From: a virus
Taxonomy: Duplodnaviria; Caudoviricetes
Direction: 5' to 3' (one strand)
DNA: 64,000 nucleotides
Virus record (IMG/VR): IMGVR_UViG_3300049988_000124
Coordinates: 1 to 64,000 of that record
How positions within the stretch are numbered: the stretch's first letter is position 1; every line of letters begins with the position of its first letter. Below are positions 7,941 through 16,663 of this stretch, piece after piece. Both the position numbers and the translations under genes were made by a program. The notes beneath the pieces were generated by a model that saw only the letters and a program-made list of their open reading frames with translations, searched no databases and was not told the origin of the DNA.

Positions 7941-7969
7941 CCAGCGCCTACCAATTACGCCACGGGGGC
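7941..7969 (-). pseudogene. 5' half of interrupted tRNA-Leu
   Basis: GCCCCCG TG GCGTAATTGGTAGGCGC TGG: acceptor 5' strand and a Leu-type D-arm. It pairs perfectly with CGGGGGC of the 3' half about 600 nt downstream. Confidence 0.85.
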
Positions 7970-7976
7970 ATCTGAC

Positions 7977-8369
7977 TCACTCTTCGCTAGCATTCTCGAG
8001 GGCTTTATGTCCCATGACTTCTGCTAGCTTAGTGTAAGCAGCTCGTTGCTCTTCTGACCAGACCACGCCCTCAGCAAAAGCCGTCAGTATCTCAGTAACG
8101 GTGTTCTTGGGGAGAAGAACCACTTCTTCCTGGCTGTTGACGAGTTCATTGGAAACAGTTGGACCGAACTTGTTCCTGACAATCACACCACCAACCAGAA
8201 CAAGGTGCGAGGTGAAAAGTGCTTTCCCGTCAGTGAACGCGTTATATTCGTCAGCGTTCTTGAAGTGAAGGACCTTGACATCCTTGGCGAACTGGTCGCC
8301 CAGAAGTTTACCCAAGGTCATCTCTTCGTCGCGGGAGTGTTCGATTTCAAGTTCATGAAACTTTGGCAT
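7977..8369 (-). CDS. Hypothetical protein
   Basis: 130-aa ORF with SD AAGGA. Confidence 0.6.
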   Translation of the reverse strand: MPKFHELEIEHSRDEEMTLGKLLGDQFAKDVKVLHFKNADEYNAFTDGKALFTSHLVLVGGVIVRNKFGPTVSNELVNSQEEVVLLPKNTVTEILTAFAEGVVWSEEQRAAYTKLAEVMGHKALENASEE

Positions 8370-8386
8370 ACGTTATCCTTTCTCTA

Positions 8387-8995
8387 TCACCCCCGAGGGA
8401 GATCAATGGCAGTGGGATCACGATCAGTCTTATCCAAGACGTGCTTGAGATAATCACGCGTACGCCGGATGGCGTAGAGATCATCGTCGCTCAGCTCTGG
8501 ATCATCACTGTAGATAATCGCACTGGTCTGGAAACGACCTTCCTCGTCCATGGATGCGCCGACATCCTCGCACGTGAAGTTATCGTTCAATCGCCCAAAG
8601 ACATCCTCGGGCAGAGTGTTGGGATCGTAGCCGAAGCCTTCGAAGCGACCCTCCATGATTCCCTGGCGGATCGGGGCAAAGGTGGCAATCGCCATCTCCA
8701 TGCACAGCGGAATGCTGCGCAGATCCTCGATCGATTCCAATGCTCGGAAGTAATCAGGATTAAGGAGGGCGTTGACGGTGCTGCGGATCTCATGGGCGAC
8801 CTGATCCACAGGCTGTACGTAGCGCATGAAGAACTCATTGCGCCGCTGGTCGAACTCGCTGCCGAAAATACTGGCGTGTCCCAGATCGTTGATCTGGCTA
8901 AACACGTCGCTGCTCACTCGGCTACCCAAGAGGGAACCGAGCGTGGGCATCATGCTTCCCGGGCTAAGAGTGATGGTGTCGTGAATGCGGGCCAC
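8387..8995 (-). CDS. Conserved phiKZ-like core hypothetical protein
   Basis: 202-aa ORF with SD AAGGA. Lies in the chimallin/RNAP block as in related phages (from memory). Confidence 0.6.
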   Translation of the reverse strand: MARIHDTITLSPGSMMPTLGSLLGSRVSSDVFSQINDLGHASIFGSEFDQRRNEFFMRYVQPVDQVAHEIRSTVNALLNPDYFRALESIEDLRSIPLCMEMAIATFAPIRQGIMEGRFEGFGYDPNTLPEDVFGRLNDNFTCEDVGASMDEEGRFQTSAIIYSDDPELSDDDLYAIRRTRDYLKHVLDKTDRDPTAIDLPRG

Positions 8996-9061
8996 GCTAG
9001 TTTGTCCTTCGGTATACGGGGTAGGTCTCCTATCATCGTCTCTCCCGAGACAAGAATAGTT

Positions 9062-9220
9062 TTAGTCTCTTACTCGCCACGGAACGGTTCGCCACTTACC
9101 CTTGGGGGGCAGATCAATTTCTTGATCTTTGAAAGAATCGTAATCCTCTCGTTCCCAAGTCTTTGTTGAATCGTTCCATGCAAGAGATTCATCATCTTCA
9201 TTAACGATAATCAAAGCCAT
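9062..9220 (-). CDS. Small Trp-rich hypothetical protein (52 aa)
   Basis: Below the ORF-track cutoff: MALIIVNEDDESLAWNDSTKTWEREDY...; SD GGAGGGA upstream. Confidence 0.6.
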   Translation of the reverse strand: MALIIVNEDDESLAWNDSTKTWEREDYDSFKDQEIDLPPKGKWRTVPWRVRD

Positions 9221-9231
9221 GAGATCCCTCC

Positions 9232-9618
9232 TTACTTATTTGGAAACCGCTTGATTCCGATTGGATTACCCGCCACCTCTACGGTACGCAGTTCACCCTC
9301 ACCATAACGGAAAGGATCAACTCCGCAACAGCGATCATCCAATCTACCACCAACGTGGTTAGTTAGACCATCGGTCCATTTGCGAGCAGCAGTGTAAGCT
9401 TTACTAAGGCAAACTTCAAACGTCGAGTCGAAATTCTCGGATTGGAATTCCGACGCCATGAAGTCTCTCAGGTGGAATGACGTGTCAAGCGGATGTGCTG
9501 CATCAGTATTTCTGATGTATACACCAAAACCAACGGCGTTTCGAACATCGTCGTTACAAGTTTCGATCTCATCGGCCTCAGTGCGCCGAATGGCTGAGAG
9601 TTCGATATCCAATGCCAT
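9232..9618 (-). CDS. Hypothetical protein (early)
   Basis: Start moved to MALDIELS at 9618 (SD AGGAG); TATATTAC box upstream. Confidence 0.6.
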   Translation of the reverse strand: MALDIELSAIRRTEADEIETCNDDVRNAVGFGVYIRNTDAAHPLDTSFHLRDFMASEFQSENFDSTFEVCLSKAYTAARKWTDGLTNHVGGRLDDRCCGVDPFRYGEGELRTVEVAGNPIGIKRFPNK

Positions 9619-9648
9619 GTAAAAACTCCTCTTCTTGAGATCACTTGG

Positions 9649-9656
9649 GTAATATA
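9649..9656 (-). promoter_or_regulatory. phiKZ-type early promoter box TATATTAC
   Basis: Exact 8-mer about 30 nt upstream of the 9618 start. Confidence 0.65.
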
Positions 9657-9677
9657 TTGACTCAAGTATGACGAGTC

Positions 9678-10100
9678 TTAGTCCATCATGAAGTCGCATC
9701 CACCAGATGACGATTCTTTTGTCACTAGTAGATTGAACACGGGAAAACCAAAATCTATCACTAGATCAAATCTAGTCCCAATCAAGATTGGAACAAGAAG
9801 GTTTTCTCCAGTCGCCATGATCATCTGTTCAATGTCAATAAGTAGACATTTAAACTTCTTGTCGTAATAATCGAGACGAACTTTTGGAGTGCTCATGATG
9901 CGGTCTTCGACATCAACGATAACTACTCTGAACACTGCGACATTGGGTCGTCCAAATGTATCAAATTCATTTTCGTAATATAAAGCAATTTGGGGTATGA
10001 AGCGATGGAGGTTAAAGAAGTTTGACTCAAGCCCGAAAGCAAAATGCCCTCCAACTAGTCCTTTAACCAAGTCTTTTTGTGACCAGGTAATCTGAACCAT
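9678..10100 (-). CDS. Hypothetical protein, AT-rich
   Basis: 140-aa ORF with SD GGAG. Confidence 0.55.
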   Translation of the reverse strand: MVQITWSQKDLVKGLVGGHFAFGLESNFFNLHRFIPQIALYYENEFDTFGRPNVAVFRVVIVDVEDRIMSTPKVRLDYYDKKFKCLLIDIEQMIMATGENLLVPILIGTRFDLVIDFGFPVFNLLVTKESSSGGCDFMMD

Positions 10101-10102
10101 CT

Positions 10103-10471
10103 TTAATCTCCTCTACTCTCGAGTTCAGCAATACGACGCTTGGTGGAGGATAACTCTCGGTCAAGACTACGCACTTGTCGCTCAGCTAGATCTGCGCGCC
10201 GCTCAGCATCACTGAGTAGCTCTTGCGCTTGTTTTAGCTCAGCTTGTGCGTTTGCCACTTTCCTTTCCGCTTTAGTAAATAAGGCTGCTCTCTGAACCAA
10301 CTGGCCGTGTATGCGCCGCGCGAAACTACCGAGGGCTCGCACGTCTTTCTTATTCATTCCCTTGCCAGTAACGGCGGCTTGGATAAGCTCGTTGGTGCGG
10401 ACAGTTAGCTTCGTAATTTCGCTAACGCCTGCGTCGTTCTGCGCTTGCGGTGGATCATTCACTTCAGTCAT
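10103..10471 (-). CDS. Coiled-coil hypothetical protein
   Basis: Start probably MTEVND at 10471; heptad-rich C-terminus. Confidence 0.55.
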   Translation of the reverse strand: MTEVNDPPQAQNDAGVSEITKLTVRTNELIQAAVTGKGMNKKDVRALGSFARRIHGQLVQRAALFTKAERKVANAQAELKQAQELLSDAERRADLAERQVRSLDRELSSTKRRIAELESRGD

Positions 10472-10539
10472 GAATTCATCCCTTCTGTGTAAAAAAGAGA
10501 AGAAGTAGGAGTGGCTGTTAACCACCCCTACTCGTAACC

Positions 10540-12009
10540 TTACGCTGCCTTGTTGAATCTACCGAGGAACTGGTTCCACGTGATCGACGTTGTTTTGTGA
10601 ATACCGATATTGTCACTGATTCCACCGTTGTTACGGTCGTAGATCAGAGACGCAGGCGAGAGCGATCGGAATGCCCTGACCATGTCGGTCTCAGGAATGA
10701 GAATTCCTGCAAGGTTGTCACCGTCGAAGTCAGCATTGGGGAGTGCCACGTCAATGGGACCCATGCCGATGCACGAATCATCCAAGTCCGTCTTGATCTT
10801 GGTCCAAAACTTCAGCATCACTGAACCATCGCGGATCGAGGGTGGTCGGTCCCACACACAAGGAAGTCCTGGGAACGGAGAGTCCGCAATCATCTTGTCC
10901 ATGATTGCCTTGATGTCCTCATCCACCACCAGGAGTGCACGGGTGACCTTCGCCACGGCCTGATTGATCGACATGCCTTGGCGCATGAGGGCACCACGCA
11001 ATTGAACCCGCAAGGAGTTTACAGCCATCTGCCAGGGAACGTGGAGCTCGTAATATTCGTGCGGACCGATGATCGGCACGACCACGGCACGGAAGGACCA
11101 GTGGAACCGCGACCCGAAGATGTGCATCCGAGGGATGGCCTTCTTGATCGAGATATACTTACTGGTCGCCTCGACCACGTAGGCGATGATGTCCTTGTAC
11201 GCCTTGAAGGCAGTACGCTCGACGCGGAGCTGACGGTTCTTCTTCTTGGTCTCGAACTCAAGCTGCGAGAGCGAGATGGCTGCGCGCAAGATATAGTCCG
11301 CCGTGACGTCACTGTACTTGCGCTTATTGGCACCTACCCCGTCTGAACTCATCATCGGGTTGATGGCCGCATTCAGAACAGGGACGTACTTGGTGTAGAT
11401 CCGGTCCCGGTAAAGCTTCAAGCACGCCACCATCGAGGGGGTGTCAGGCTTCTTGGAGATGATGGGATGATTGTAGGCAAAGAACTCAATGATGCGATCG
11501 AAGTTCTCGAACAGATAGGTAAAGCCGCGCCCAGTGATCACGCCCTGGAGGGTGTGGTCAAGGGGTCCATCGACGTCCAGGATCTCATCGAGGTAGTTAC
11601 GCTTATTCTTCCGGCCCTTGTTGTCCGACAACCATACGCTAAGGGCAAGGTAGACCTTGGGGGCTAGCCAGCCGTGGGGAAGCTCAGTGGGTGCTGACAG
11701 CCAGTTCTTGCAGATCAGGTTGTTCCCATCTAGAAGATTAATGGGACTCACCACCGAGTCGCAAATCTGGCAGGTCATGCCGATCTTGTTGTTACCCTCT
11801 AGCTCACCACAGTGACACTTGGCAACGAAATCAGCTCCTGCGCCATCGGAGAAGATCTGTTCCTGGAGTGCCTCCATGGTGGAGGGATCTTGCATGTCGA
11901 AGTGATTAAGAATAACGGGATCGATTCCCTTATTCTGATTCATCTCAAACTGTGCATTGTGGTCGACCAGCTGGAGCACTCTGAACGTGTTATCTGTGCG
12001 CATAAACAA
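10540..12009 (-). CDS. rpoC: Non-virion RNA polymerase beta-prime subunit, N-terminal/catalytic part (phiKZ gp55-like)
   Basis: Zn-finger CHCG...CQIC, GSRFHWSFRAVVVP, RPPS and the catalytic NADFDGD. Lies directly downstream of the chimallin candidate and is uninterrupted. Confidence 0.92.
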   Translation of the reverse strand: MFMRTDNTFRVLQLVDHNAQFEMNQNKGIDPVILNHFDMQDPSTMEALQEQIFSDGAGADFVAKCHCGELEGNNKIGMTCQICDSVVSPINLLDGNNLICKNWLSAPTELPHGWLAPKVYLALSVWLSDNKGRKNKRNYLDEILDVDGPLDHTLQGVITGRGFTYLFENFDRIIEFFAYNHPIISKKPDTPSMVACLKLYRDRIYTKYVPVLNAAINPMMSSDGVGANKRKYSDVTADYILRAAISLSQLEFETKKKNRQLRVERTAFKAYKDIIAYVVEATSKYISIKKAIPRMHIFGSRFHWSFRAVVVPIIGPHEYYELHVPWQMAVNSLRVQLRGALMRQGMSINQAVAKVTRALLVVDEDIKAIMDKMIADSPFPGLPCVWDRPPSIRDGSVMLKFWTKIKTDLDDSCIGMGPIDVALPNADFDGDNLAGILIPETDMVRAFRSLSPASLIYDRNNGGISDNIGIHKTTSITWNQFLGRFNKAA

Positions 12010-12139
12010 GTGCCTCCCGAGTGTGTCTAAAACTGGGTCTAACCGATTCTACTTTCGGGGTACCCAGAGCATGGTGTAGTGAGGTGCAAAAATAACAACC
12101 CCTATCTTTGACCGTGCTAAAAAATAAAGGGGGAAAGAA

Positions 12140-12168
12140 CAGAGGGAAGGCTTGACGCCCTCCCTCTG
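12140..12168 (-). terminator. Intrinsic terminator after chimallin
   Basis: agagggaaggc/gccctccctct hairpin followed on the minus strand by a U-rich tract. Confidence 0.6.
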
Positions 12169-12185
12169 CACTTGTGCTACGTGGC

Positions 12186-13847
12186 TTAGAACTGCCAGAC
12201 CGAGCTGAGACCAGCACCGCCACGGTTGGCGAAGCCGTTCGACACGATCGAGCTGATGCCCGTCGAGGAGCCGAAGCCGGTGATGAACGACCCGAACGGA
12301 CGAGCCTCCATCTGGCTGTTGGGATCCACGATGGTCAGGCCGCGAGCCTGGGTCATGCGGATGATGCCCTTGATGAAGTCGGCATTGACCGCCGCGATCG
12401 TGTTGAGGAACAGCGGGTTGAACGAACCCGTGATGTCCGCCACGATCTGCGCACGCTCGGCCGGGTTCTCGGAACCCTTGATCAGCACGTCGCGGGTGTG
12501 CTGAGCGATCGAGCTGACGCCGTTCTTGGCCGCGATGTAGAGGTAGTCGACATCACGCGAGTCGTGGAGCGTGCCGTTCGGCTCACCGTACACGCCGTCC
12601 GAGCGATGCTCGATGACCTGGCTGATGATGACGTTCGACAGATCCTCCTGCGGCGCACCGAAGAACTTGGTGAGACGCTCACCGAAGTAGTTCTTGTGAT
12701 CGGGACGCGGGTCGGCCAGCAGATGCATGCCGGGGATGACGTCGCGACCGTCCTGGTACTGGACAGCGATCTCGGGGGTCGCGAAGTACGTCTCGATGAA
12801 GGTCTTGACCTCTTCCTTGCTCTTGAGGATGTAGGGATGACCCGGACGCTCAGCGTCCTCCTCGAGCAGACCAGGCTGCGGCTCGTTCTCGCCGAGGTTG
12901 TTCCACTGCGAGGCCCACCACAGGCTGTTGTAGATTGCCGGAGCAATCGCAGCCAGCGCAATCGCGCCGACGCCCTCGAGCGGGATAACCGCATTGTTGA
13001 CCGTGATCATCACGACCGGACGGTACAGCAGACGCTGCTGGCCGTTGACCGTGAACATCTCGCGACCGCGAATCTCGACGTAACCGCCGATCACCGCGAG
13101 CGGCTGGTAGTCGACCTCATACTCCTTGAGGTTGCGACCGAACTGGTGCTGGATCTTGGCGTTAATGGTAGCGCCGAAGTCCATGCGGGGCGGAACACCG
13201 TGCGGCGAGAGCTGACGCTCCAGCTTGCGCGCCTCGGTGAGGCTCCAGTTGATCGCGAACTCGGTACCAACGAGCGAGTCGATGGTCGCGTTGCGCGCGG
13301 CGGGGATCGAGGTGACGTTGAAGGTGCGAACGATCGTCGCAGCCATCTGGAACGTGCGCTCCATGTCGGGAGCGTAGTCGACGATGATGACGCGAGCGTC
13401 GGCCAGGCGGATCTTCTTGTCCTGCTTGGCGTAGCGGTCCCGCAGTTCCTGCAGGAGCGGCTCGAGACGCATGGAGGCCGGGATCATCTTCTGCGAGACG
13501 AGCTCGCTCATGGAGACGAACAGGAGGCCGAATGCGTTGACGTAACCATCATCGCCCTCGAACGAGTAGGCGTAGGTGTTCGACAGGTTCTGAAGCTTCT
13601 CATATCCCAGGTTGGGGATCTTGGTCTTGGCCTGCTTCAGGACCTCTTCCAGGTAGGGCTCGACGGTGCCGTCGGCCTGATCCAGGATGATCATGGAGCG
13701 CAGACCAAGGAAGTCTGCAGCGCCCGTGGGCGCACTGCCGGTAAACGTCGAACCCGCAAAGGTCGTGGTGCCAGCCTGGGTGTTGTTGTTCGGCTGGTCG
13801 GGCTTGTTGTCTACGCGGGTGGCGTCGTCGTCACTGATGATACCCAT
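12186..13847 (-). CDS. chmA: Chimallin (phage nuclear shell protein)
   Basis: 553 aa from MGIISDDD (SD GGAG). It has a disordered N-terminal tail, an S/G/F-rich C-terminal tail ending in WQF and strongly biased high-expression codons. It lies immediately upstream of nvRNAP beta-prime with an early box upstream, as for phiKZ gp54-gp55. The call is mainly by synteny. Confidence 0.78.
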   Translation of the reverse strand: MGIISDDDATRVDNKPDQPNNNTQAGTTTFAGSTFTGSAPTGAADFLGLRSMIILDQADGTVEPYLEEVLKQAKTKIPNLGYEKLQNLSNTYAYSFEGDDGYVNAFGLLFVSMSELVSQKMIPASMRLEPLLQELRDRYAKQDKKIRLADARVIIVDYAPDMERTFQMAATIVRTFNVTSIPAARNATIDSLVGTEFAINWSLTEARKLERQLSPHGVPPRMDFGATINAKIQHQFGRNLKEYEVDYQPLAVIGGYVEIRGREMFTVNGQQRLLYRPVVMITVNNAVIPLEGVGAIALAAIAPAIYNSLWWASQWNNLGENEPQPGLLEEDAERPGHPYILKSKEEVKTFIETYFATPEIAVQYQDGRDVIPGMHLLADPRPDHKNYFGERLTKFFGAPQEDLSNVIISQVIEHRSDGVYGEPNGTLHDSRDVDYLYIAAKNGVSSIAQHTRDVLIKGSENPAERAQIVADITGSFNPLFLNTIAAVNADFIKGIIRMTQARGLTIVDPNSQMEARPFGSFITGFGSSTGISSIVSNGFANRGGAGLSSVWQF

Positions 13848-14023
13848 GGTAATACTTCTCCGTTTGAGGCTTATGACTATACATACAACAACAGATGCAT
13901 GTAAAGCACACGGCAAACCAGCTGCGATGGATTGTTGGAATACTCTCCAACACATCTGATCATACCAGATGAACAGTAAAGGACGAATAGAATTTTGTTC
14001 CACTCGAGTCTACTGTCACCTTG

Positions 14024-14031
14024 GTAATATA
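14024..14031 (-). promoter_or_regulatory. Early promoter box TATATTAC upstream of chimallin
   Basis: Exact motif; chimallin is an early gene in characterised phages. Confidence 0.7.
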
Positions 14032-14237
14032 TCGGTACATACGCGATGATAAATCGTGGCTCTGCTGCGAGTTCGCATATATAGGCCATTACAATCACGC
14101 ACCAATAACCTATAGGTTACCGACACGATCATACCATACCACCCAAGTAGTAAAAATAAATGTCAGTTATAATAGCGAGCAAGATTATCCCCATCCATCG
14201 TATGATTTAACTCACTCCAGCGAGAAAGTATCCCATC

Positions 14238-15404
14238 ATGATCGGGGAACGATTTGTTAGGCACTTGCGAAATGTGCCTCCTCGCAGCATGCCTCGCCTT
14301 AATCAATTCATCCGGTTCATCGGACGAAAGATCGACGATGCAACCATGCGTGCTTCCTACATTACCCCCAATGGTCACGGCTCCAGACAGCTCGTGGAGA
14401 TCATCAAGCTCGCTGATCTAAAGAGGGTTACCTCAGCGAGTGCGAACGATCAGGACTTCATGTCCTACCTCCTGTCTATTCTGAAAGACCTGGAGAAGCC
14501 GCTCGATGTCCGAGTGGGTAAGCATACCTACCGAACCCTCTTTATTCGGTCACGGACAGCATGCTTTGAGCTCATGACGCCCTCTAGGCGCCGGAGTCCA
14601 CTCTCGGACATTCCGTTCGAGCAGGCCTATGATCACCCAGACTGGGACAACATCAAGCCCTTGCGCATCGTCGACATGGGTTGTACGGACTTGAAGTTCC
14701 AGGTACACAATGACTATCTGAACTATCCCAAGCGTGGTCCGACCCACGCAGTCTACAGTGTTGACTGTCTAGCTCTTGTTGCGAAGTTTACCGCTTACTA
14801 CCGGGCACAAACGACGGTTCCCAACATTGACCAGTGTATCTTGGACTTCGTTCACAACGACGTGATTGTGCCAGCGCTCCTCAATGACTCGCTCGCCATC
14901 TGGTTGCGCAATATCTACAAGCAGCAGTTCTTGAGTGTGTCTCCCCTTGAGTCTCACACCTCAACGATCTGGGACACGATTAACATCGACAGTATTGGTT
15001 CTGACTTCACCGGAGCCATGGTCGACATTCAGCATATCAGGGATGATCTAAAGAAAAGCTCGATCAGTGATCAGGTCGTCTTCTCCTCGCTCATTATGAC
15101 GCCTGATGGTCAGAATCTTACCGACTATTACCGTGACCTTTTCTACACCTCAACGACGCCTGATGAACAACCATGGGCCTGGGTCGATTGCCTAAAGCAT
15201 CTGACTTGGTGGGAGTTCATTATCGCTATTGCCTCCATTGCTCCTGAACTACCAGACGTCATATCGCTAAAGAGAGATGCGATTCGTGATGTCAGGTTCT
15301 GGATGATGTTCAAACCGTGGAACGAGATCCACTCATCGATTCCCTACAAGACCATGATTCGGTCTCGTCTGGAGGGTCTCTACACGTACTTGCAGCAAGG
15401 ATAA
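14238..15404 (+). CDS. Conserved phiKZ-like hypothetical protein divergent from chmA
   Basis: 388-aa ORF ending at a strong hairpin. Confidence 0.65.
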   Translation: MIGERFVRHLRNVPPRSMPRLNQFIRFIGRKIDDATMRASYITPNGHGSRQLVEIIKLADLKRVTSASANDQDFMSYLLSILKDLEKPLDVRVGKHTYRTLFIRSRTACFELMTPSRRRSPLSDIPFEQAYDHPDWDNIKPLRIVDMGCTDLKFQVHNDYLNYPKRGPTHAVYSVDCLALVAKFTAYYRAQTTVPNIDQCILDFVHNDVIVPALLNDSLAIWLRNIYKQQFLSVSPLESHTSTIWDTINIDSIGSDFTGAMVDIQHIRDDLKKSSISDQVVFSSLIMTPDGQNLTDYYRDLFYTSTTPDEQPWAWVDCLKHLTWWEFIIAIASIAPELPDVISLKRDAIRDVRFWMMFKPWNEIHSSIPYKTMIRSRLEGLYTYLQQG

Positions 15405-15406
15405 AG

Positions 15407-15440
15407 GATAAGAGGGAGGCCGTGTGGCCTCCCTCTTATC
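15407..15440. terminator. 15-bp perfect hairpin between convergent genes
   Basis: gataagagggaggcc-gtgt-ggcctccctcttatc. Confidence 0.75.
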
Positions 15441-15460
15441 ACTTAAAGATCGGTCGCATG

Positions 15461-15571
15461 TCAGTAGCACTCAGACTGCGTGATCTCTGTGGCGTCCTTG
15501 ATGAAGGCACTGCCCCCATCGACCTTGGTCACGACACGCACGCGACCGCCACCCCATCCTTCAGTCTTCAT
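15461..15571 (-). CDS. Small hypothetical protein (36 aa)
   Basis: MKTEGWGGGRVRVVTKVDGGSAFIKDATEITQSECY, with strong SD AAGGAGG 6 nt upstream. Confidence 0.55.
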   Translation of the reverse strand: MKTEGWGGGRVRVVTKVDGGSAFIKDATEITQSECY

Positions 15572-15610
15572 GGATGTCCTCCTTGAAAGATCCACGTGGA
15601 TCATAAGTTA

Positions 15611-15991
15611 TTACTGATTGACGGAGACTTCAACTTTAAAGCCGTAGTTATCGATAGTCTTCTGAAGAGCATCGACAAGCTTTTCAGCAATGCCGCCTTC
15701 AACAATCTTAGCGGTCACGGTAGCCTTAATGTCTTCCCGTTGCGTCTCAAACCAACCCCTGACTGCTTCCTGGATAATCTTGTCGATCTCTCTACTTGAC
15801 ATAAACTCAAGTAGGGTCATCTTCTTGTCGTTATACTCGGGCTTACTACCGTATTGATTGACCTCTCGAGCAAGAGATCGATCAACAAGTTCTTTCAGTA
15901 GAGCAGGACCTTGTTCACTCAAGGCGTTCAGTACTGCTCCTGAAATAACCTGCTTCATCGATTCTGCGTCAAACATCTTAGTGTTCCTCAA
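15611..15991 (-). CDS. Hypothetical helical protein
   Basis: 126-aa ORF in the operon. Confidence 0.6.
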   Translation of the reverse strand: MRNTKMFDAESMKQVISGAVLNALSEQGPALLKELVDRSLAREVNQYGSKPEYNDKKMTLLEFMSSREIDKIIQEAVRGWFETQREDIKATVTAKIVEGGIAEKLVDALQKTIDNYGFKVEVSVNQ

Positions 15992-16005
15992 AAGATATTG
16001 TTAAG

Positions 16006-16359
16006 TCAACGAGGTAATTTTACGCGTAACTGGTTGAGCTCTGTGTCAATCTCACTTAGTCGATCTTTGCGTTCCTCATGAGACAGGAAGAAGAGGCCTG
16101 ATCGTTCTTTCATCAGCTCGAGTTCACGAGGGGAATATTTACGTAGTCCCTCGTGAGTCGATTTATTACCATCGTACGTTAATGTGGCGCTGATGATCAT
16201 GACGTCGAAATCGTTGTTCATATCGAGCTCTGACCAGGGCTTGGGATAATATTCAATCCCAGACATAGAAGCACTAACGTCACTGTTGCGAATCTTGGCA
16301 AGGATATCGTTTCTTCGCTGATCGTACGATGCGCCGAGCTCGGCTAATGTTCTACCCAT
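16006..16359 (-). CDS. Hypothetical protein
   Basis: 117-aa ORF. Confidence 0.55.
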   Translation of the reverse strand: MGRTLAELGASYDQRRNDILAKIRNSDVSASMSGIEYYPKPWSELDMNNDFDVMIISATLTYDGNKSTHEGLRKYSPRELELMKERSGLFFLSHEERKDRLSEIDTELNQLRVKLPR

Positions 16360-16663
16360 GTTCAGTTTTCCCCTTCGCTTGATATGGTTTCTCGATCTCC
16401 TGGATCTTGACGTGTTTCTTTCTGCTAACCACGTATCTGAAGTACGTACCAGATTTGATACCTTGCTTCACGAACTCTTCCTTGGGAACTAGGAAGTGAT
16501 CTACCCAGATCAGAAATGCATCGGCGTCTGACAAGTTAAGGTTGTCAAACACAGAGTAGACTTTAGCTACTCCGTCTACCCCTACTTCGTAGAGTAGCTT
16601 ACTTCTGAACCGACTGTTAAAAGAAGCTCTTCGCTTCTTGTTAACACTACGCAATCTCCTCAT
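16352..16663 (-). CDS. Hypothetical protein, basic N-terminus
   Basis: 103-aa ORF overlapping both neighbours. Confidence 0.5.
   Translation of the reverse strand: MRRLRSVNKKRRASFNSRFRSKLLYEVGVDGVAKVYSVFDNLNLSDADAFLIWVDHFLVPKEEFVKQGIKSGTYFRYVVSRKKHVKIQEIEKPYQAKGKTEHG

Larger units (their letters stand above)
7343..7943 (-). mobile_element. Putative tRNA-carrying HNH insertion element within a tRNA-Leu gene
   Basis: Bounded by near-identical direct repeats TGGGTCATAC (7934-7943) and TGGGACATAC (7343-7352). It separates the two halves of one tRNA. Confidence 0.6.

Noticed and set aside
7343-7943. Group I (or II) intron in tRNA-Leu(UAA), as in cyanobacteria and alphaproteobacteria
   Set aside because: The insert is fully occupied by a tRNA, the repeat arms and the HNH ORF. 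No P7/R/S core is visible, there is no terminal G before the anticodon, and the break is in the 5' anticodon stem rather than at U^AA.
10540-12009. Intron or intein in the RNAP subunit (phiKZ gp55 is intron-split)
   Set aside because: The ORF is continuous through NADFDGD. No intein or endonuclease motifs are visible here or in DnaB, UvsX or ThyA.
12174-13904. 576-aa plus-strand ORF
   Set aside because: Antisense shadow of the GC3-biased chimallin gene; no SD and no recognisable motifs.
13848-14003. 52-aa N-terminal extension of chimallin in the ORF track
   Set aside because: It uses a GTG with no SD in AT-rich leader sequence; the ATG at 13847 has a GGAG SD and the codon bias starts there.
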